DNA of 56,562 nucleotides from an uncultured Verrucomicrobiota bacterium (GTDB lineage Bacteria; Verrucomicrobiota; Verrucomicrobiia; Limisphaerales; J093): NCBI GenBank assembly GCA_964396005.1, contig CAYNCT010000004.1, positions 1 to 56,562 of the forward strand, read 5' to 3'. Shown piece by piece: positions 55,281 to 56,562 of this stretch (position 1 is its first letter; each line of letters starts with the position of its first letter). The notes under the pieces were generated by a model. It saw only the letters and a program-made list of their open reading frames with translations, ran no database searches and was not told where the DNA came from. The position numbers and the translations under genes were made by a program.

Positions 55281-55470
55281 CCGGAACGACTCAATTGAGT
55301 GCGGGGTGGAACGGGCGCCTGGCCCGTTCGGCGGGGCGACCCGCCCGACAGTCGAACGCACGAGTCTGCCACTGAAGGGTGTGCGGCTTCCGTTCGCAGG
55401 GCTGGGCGGTAAGTTGCCGCCCAGAACGGCCAGGTTGGCCGTTCCACCCAAAACCTACTGCACGTTCCGG
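55281..55470. mobile_element. ~190-bp MITE/REPIN-like dispersed element, copy 3 (most intact core)
   Basis: Outer CCGGAACG...CGTTCCGG; inner perfect 11-bp GGGTGGAACGG...CCGTTCCACCC (55304-55449). Ends 1 nt before the TAA of the convergent gene. Confidence 0.82.
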
Positions 55471-55471
55471 C

Positions 55472-56562
55472 TTAGCGGGTCCAGCAATGCACCGTCACCG
55501 GGGTGTTCACGGGAACGGTCACCGGGACATCGGCCACGGCGGGGTTCTGCGCGCTATTGTCAATCTCGGCGTCGAACACGACCGGCGCGCCGGAGTCGGG
55601 GGTCAGCACCACGCGCATGGGCAACACGCGATTCCAGTCGCTGGCCTGCACGCGGACGAGCTGATTGGGGTCGCCACCAAAGGGAAGCTGGAAGGTGACA
55701 GGCGCACTGCCCACGGGGATGTCTTGCCCCGCCACCTGCACCACATCCAGCCGGGGGACGACAGGCGGGAAGATGAACAGGTTGGCGCCGACGGAAAGGG
55801 AAGCCAGCGGATTGAACGTCAACCTGAGTTGTCGGCGATCCACCGTGTCCACGCGAATGCGGCCGGAGCCTGCAAAACCAGCAAAAGTCGTCACATCGAC
55901 CGTTCCGTTGCCCGCCACCACCGGAGCGACCAGGCGCACGGCCCCGCCACTACCGCCGTTCCCACCCACTTGCGAAGATGCACCTCCACCCTGCGCCAGA
56001 ACTTTGCCGGTGAGTTCCAGGCGGGTGTTGGAGGAAATGAGAATGGCGCCGCCTCCGCCACCCCCACCTTCTCCCGGCGCACCGGCCGAGCCGCCGCCGC
56101 CCGAGCCGCCCACCAAGGGGATCAGCAGTTTGCTGCCGTAGATCGAGCCTCTGTTGGTATTGCCGAAATCATGGCCCATACTGCCATACGAACCGCTCCC
56201 CGGCCCCCCGGGTGAGCTGGAGCTGCCGGATCCGCCTTTGCCGGCGCCGGGACCGTAGCCGGCGCCCGGTGGCATTTCGGCAAAGCCACGTTTACCGCCG
56301 TCGAATCCGCCGGGCCCACCCTCGCCGCCGCTCGGGCTGTTATCCGGGGCCCGCTGGCCCGAGACATCAATCGTCCCGGCGATGACCACCTCGCCCTGGC
56401 TGAGCAGGTATACCGGGGTGTTGTGCTCGTTGCGGGCGAACCGCAGGGTGCGGCCGGCGTTCACCCGCAGGCTGCGGTAATGCAGGATGCCGTCCGGTGG
56501 CAGCGGTACGGTGGTGTCGGCGTCAATCACGACATCCCCGAGCGCGCCGGTGCTGCCGTTGT
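55472..56562 (-). CDS. Gly-rich secreted/surface protein (5' end outside the window)
   Basis: The frame stays open to the window edge (...NGSTGALGDVVIDADTTVPLPPDGILHY). GGxGGPGG and GGSGGGG tracts; Ig-like C-terminal domain. Confidence 0.8.
   Translation of the reverse strand, partial: NGSTGALGDVVIDADTTVPLPPDGILHYRSLRVNAGRTLRFARNEHNTPVYLLSQGEVVIAGTIDVSGQRAPDNSPSGGEGGPGGFDGGKRGFAEMPPGAGYGPGAGKGGSGSSSSPGGPGSGSYGSMGHDFGNTNRGSIYGSKLLIPLVGGSGGGGSAGAPGEGGGGGGGAILISSNTRLELTGKVLAQGGGASSQVGGNGGSGGAVRLVAPVVAGNGTVDVTTFAGFAGSGRIRVDTVDRRQLRLTFNPLASLSVGANLFIFPPVVPRLDVVQVAGQDIPVGSAPVTFQLPFGGDPNQLVRVQASDWNRVLPMRVVLTPDSGAPVVFDAEIDNSAQNPAVADVPVTVPVNTPVTVHCWTR

Noticed and set aside
35151-55449. Near-10-kb spacing of the three element copies (10,004 and 10,149 bp)
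   Set aside because: There are no copies at about 5, 15 or 25 kb. With three points this is most likely chance.
44907-55698. Similar short ORFs such as [16 protein letters not shown] / [20 protein letters not shown] as a small-protein family
   Set aside because: They are translations of the ~190-bp DNA element. Starts, stops and lengths differ between copies.

Overview
This is a GC-rich, mostly core chromosomal segment with about 45 real CDSs and one tRNA-Gly(CCC). It contains no integrase, transposase, cas gene or rRNA. The gene repertoire (Tat-exported Gfo/Idh/MocA protein, HEAT proteins, secreted proteins with an FYRL-type C-terminal domain) suggests Verrucomicrobiota (Limisphaerales/Pedosphaerales-like); this is inference only. 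Housekeeping genes include ilvB, trpC, trpF, prfB (+1 frameshift), priA, ald, purF, glgP, rlmN, punA, moeB/moeZ, yifB/comM and a ferredoxin. Main items not explained by the ORF track: (1) a ~190-bp nested-inverted-repeat element in three intergenic copies; (2) a GTAG-tagged REP tandem array; (3) an apparently leaderless Val/Leu/Ile-rich leader peptide plus terminator upstream of ilvB; (4) an MlaEFD/MCE operon lacking mlaA/B/C but carrying a long-helix MlaD and an aromatic-Pro repeat protein; (5) secreted proteins sharing a candidate C-terminal sorting domain, including a tail-fibre-like protein with a coupled partner; (6) a DUF2235 (Tle1-like) hydrolase fused to a LecA-like lectin domain; (7) a membrane b/c-type cytochrome with a CX4CH motif behind an FNR/CRP class II promoter; (8) an ATP-grasp-like protein coupled to MarC; (9) a 1-bp frameshift splitting a PA14-domain gene. 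All family assignments come from reading motifs by eye. No searches were run, and many start codons were shortened relative to the ORF track.
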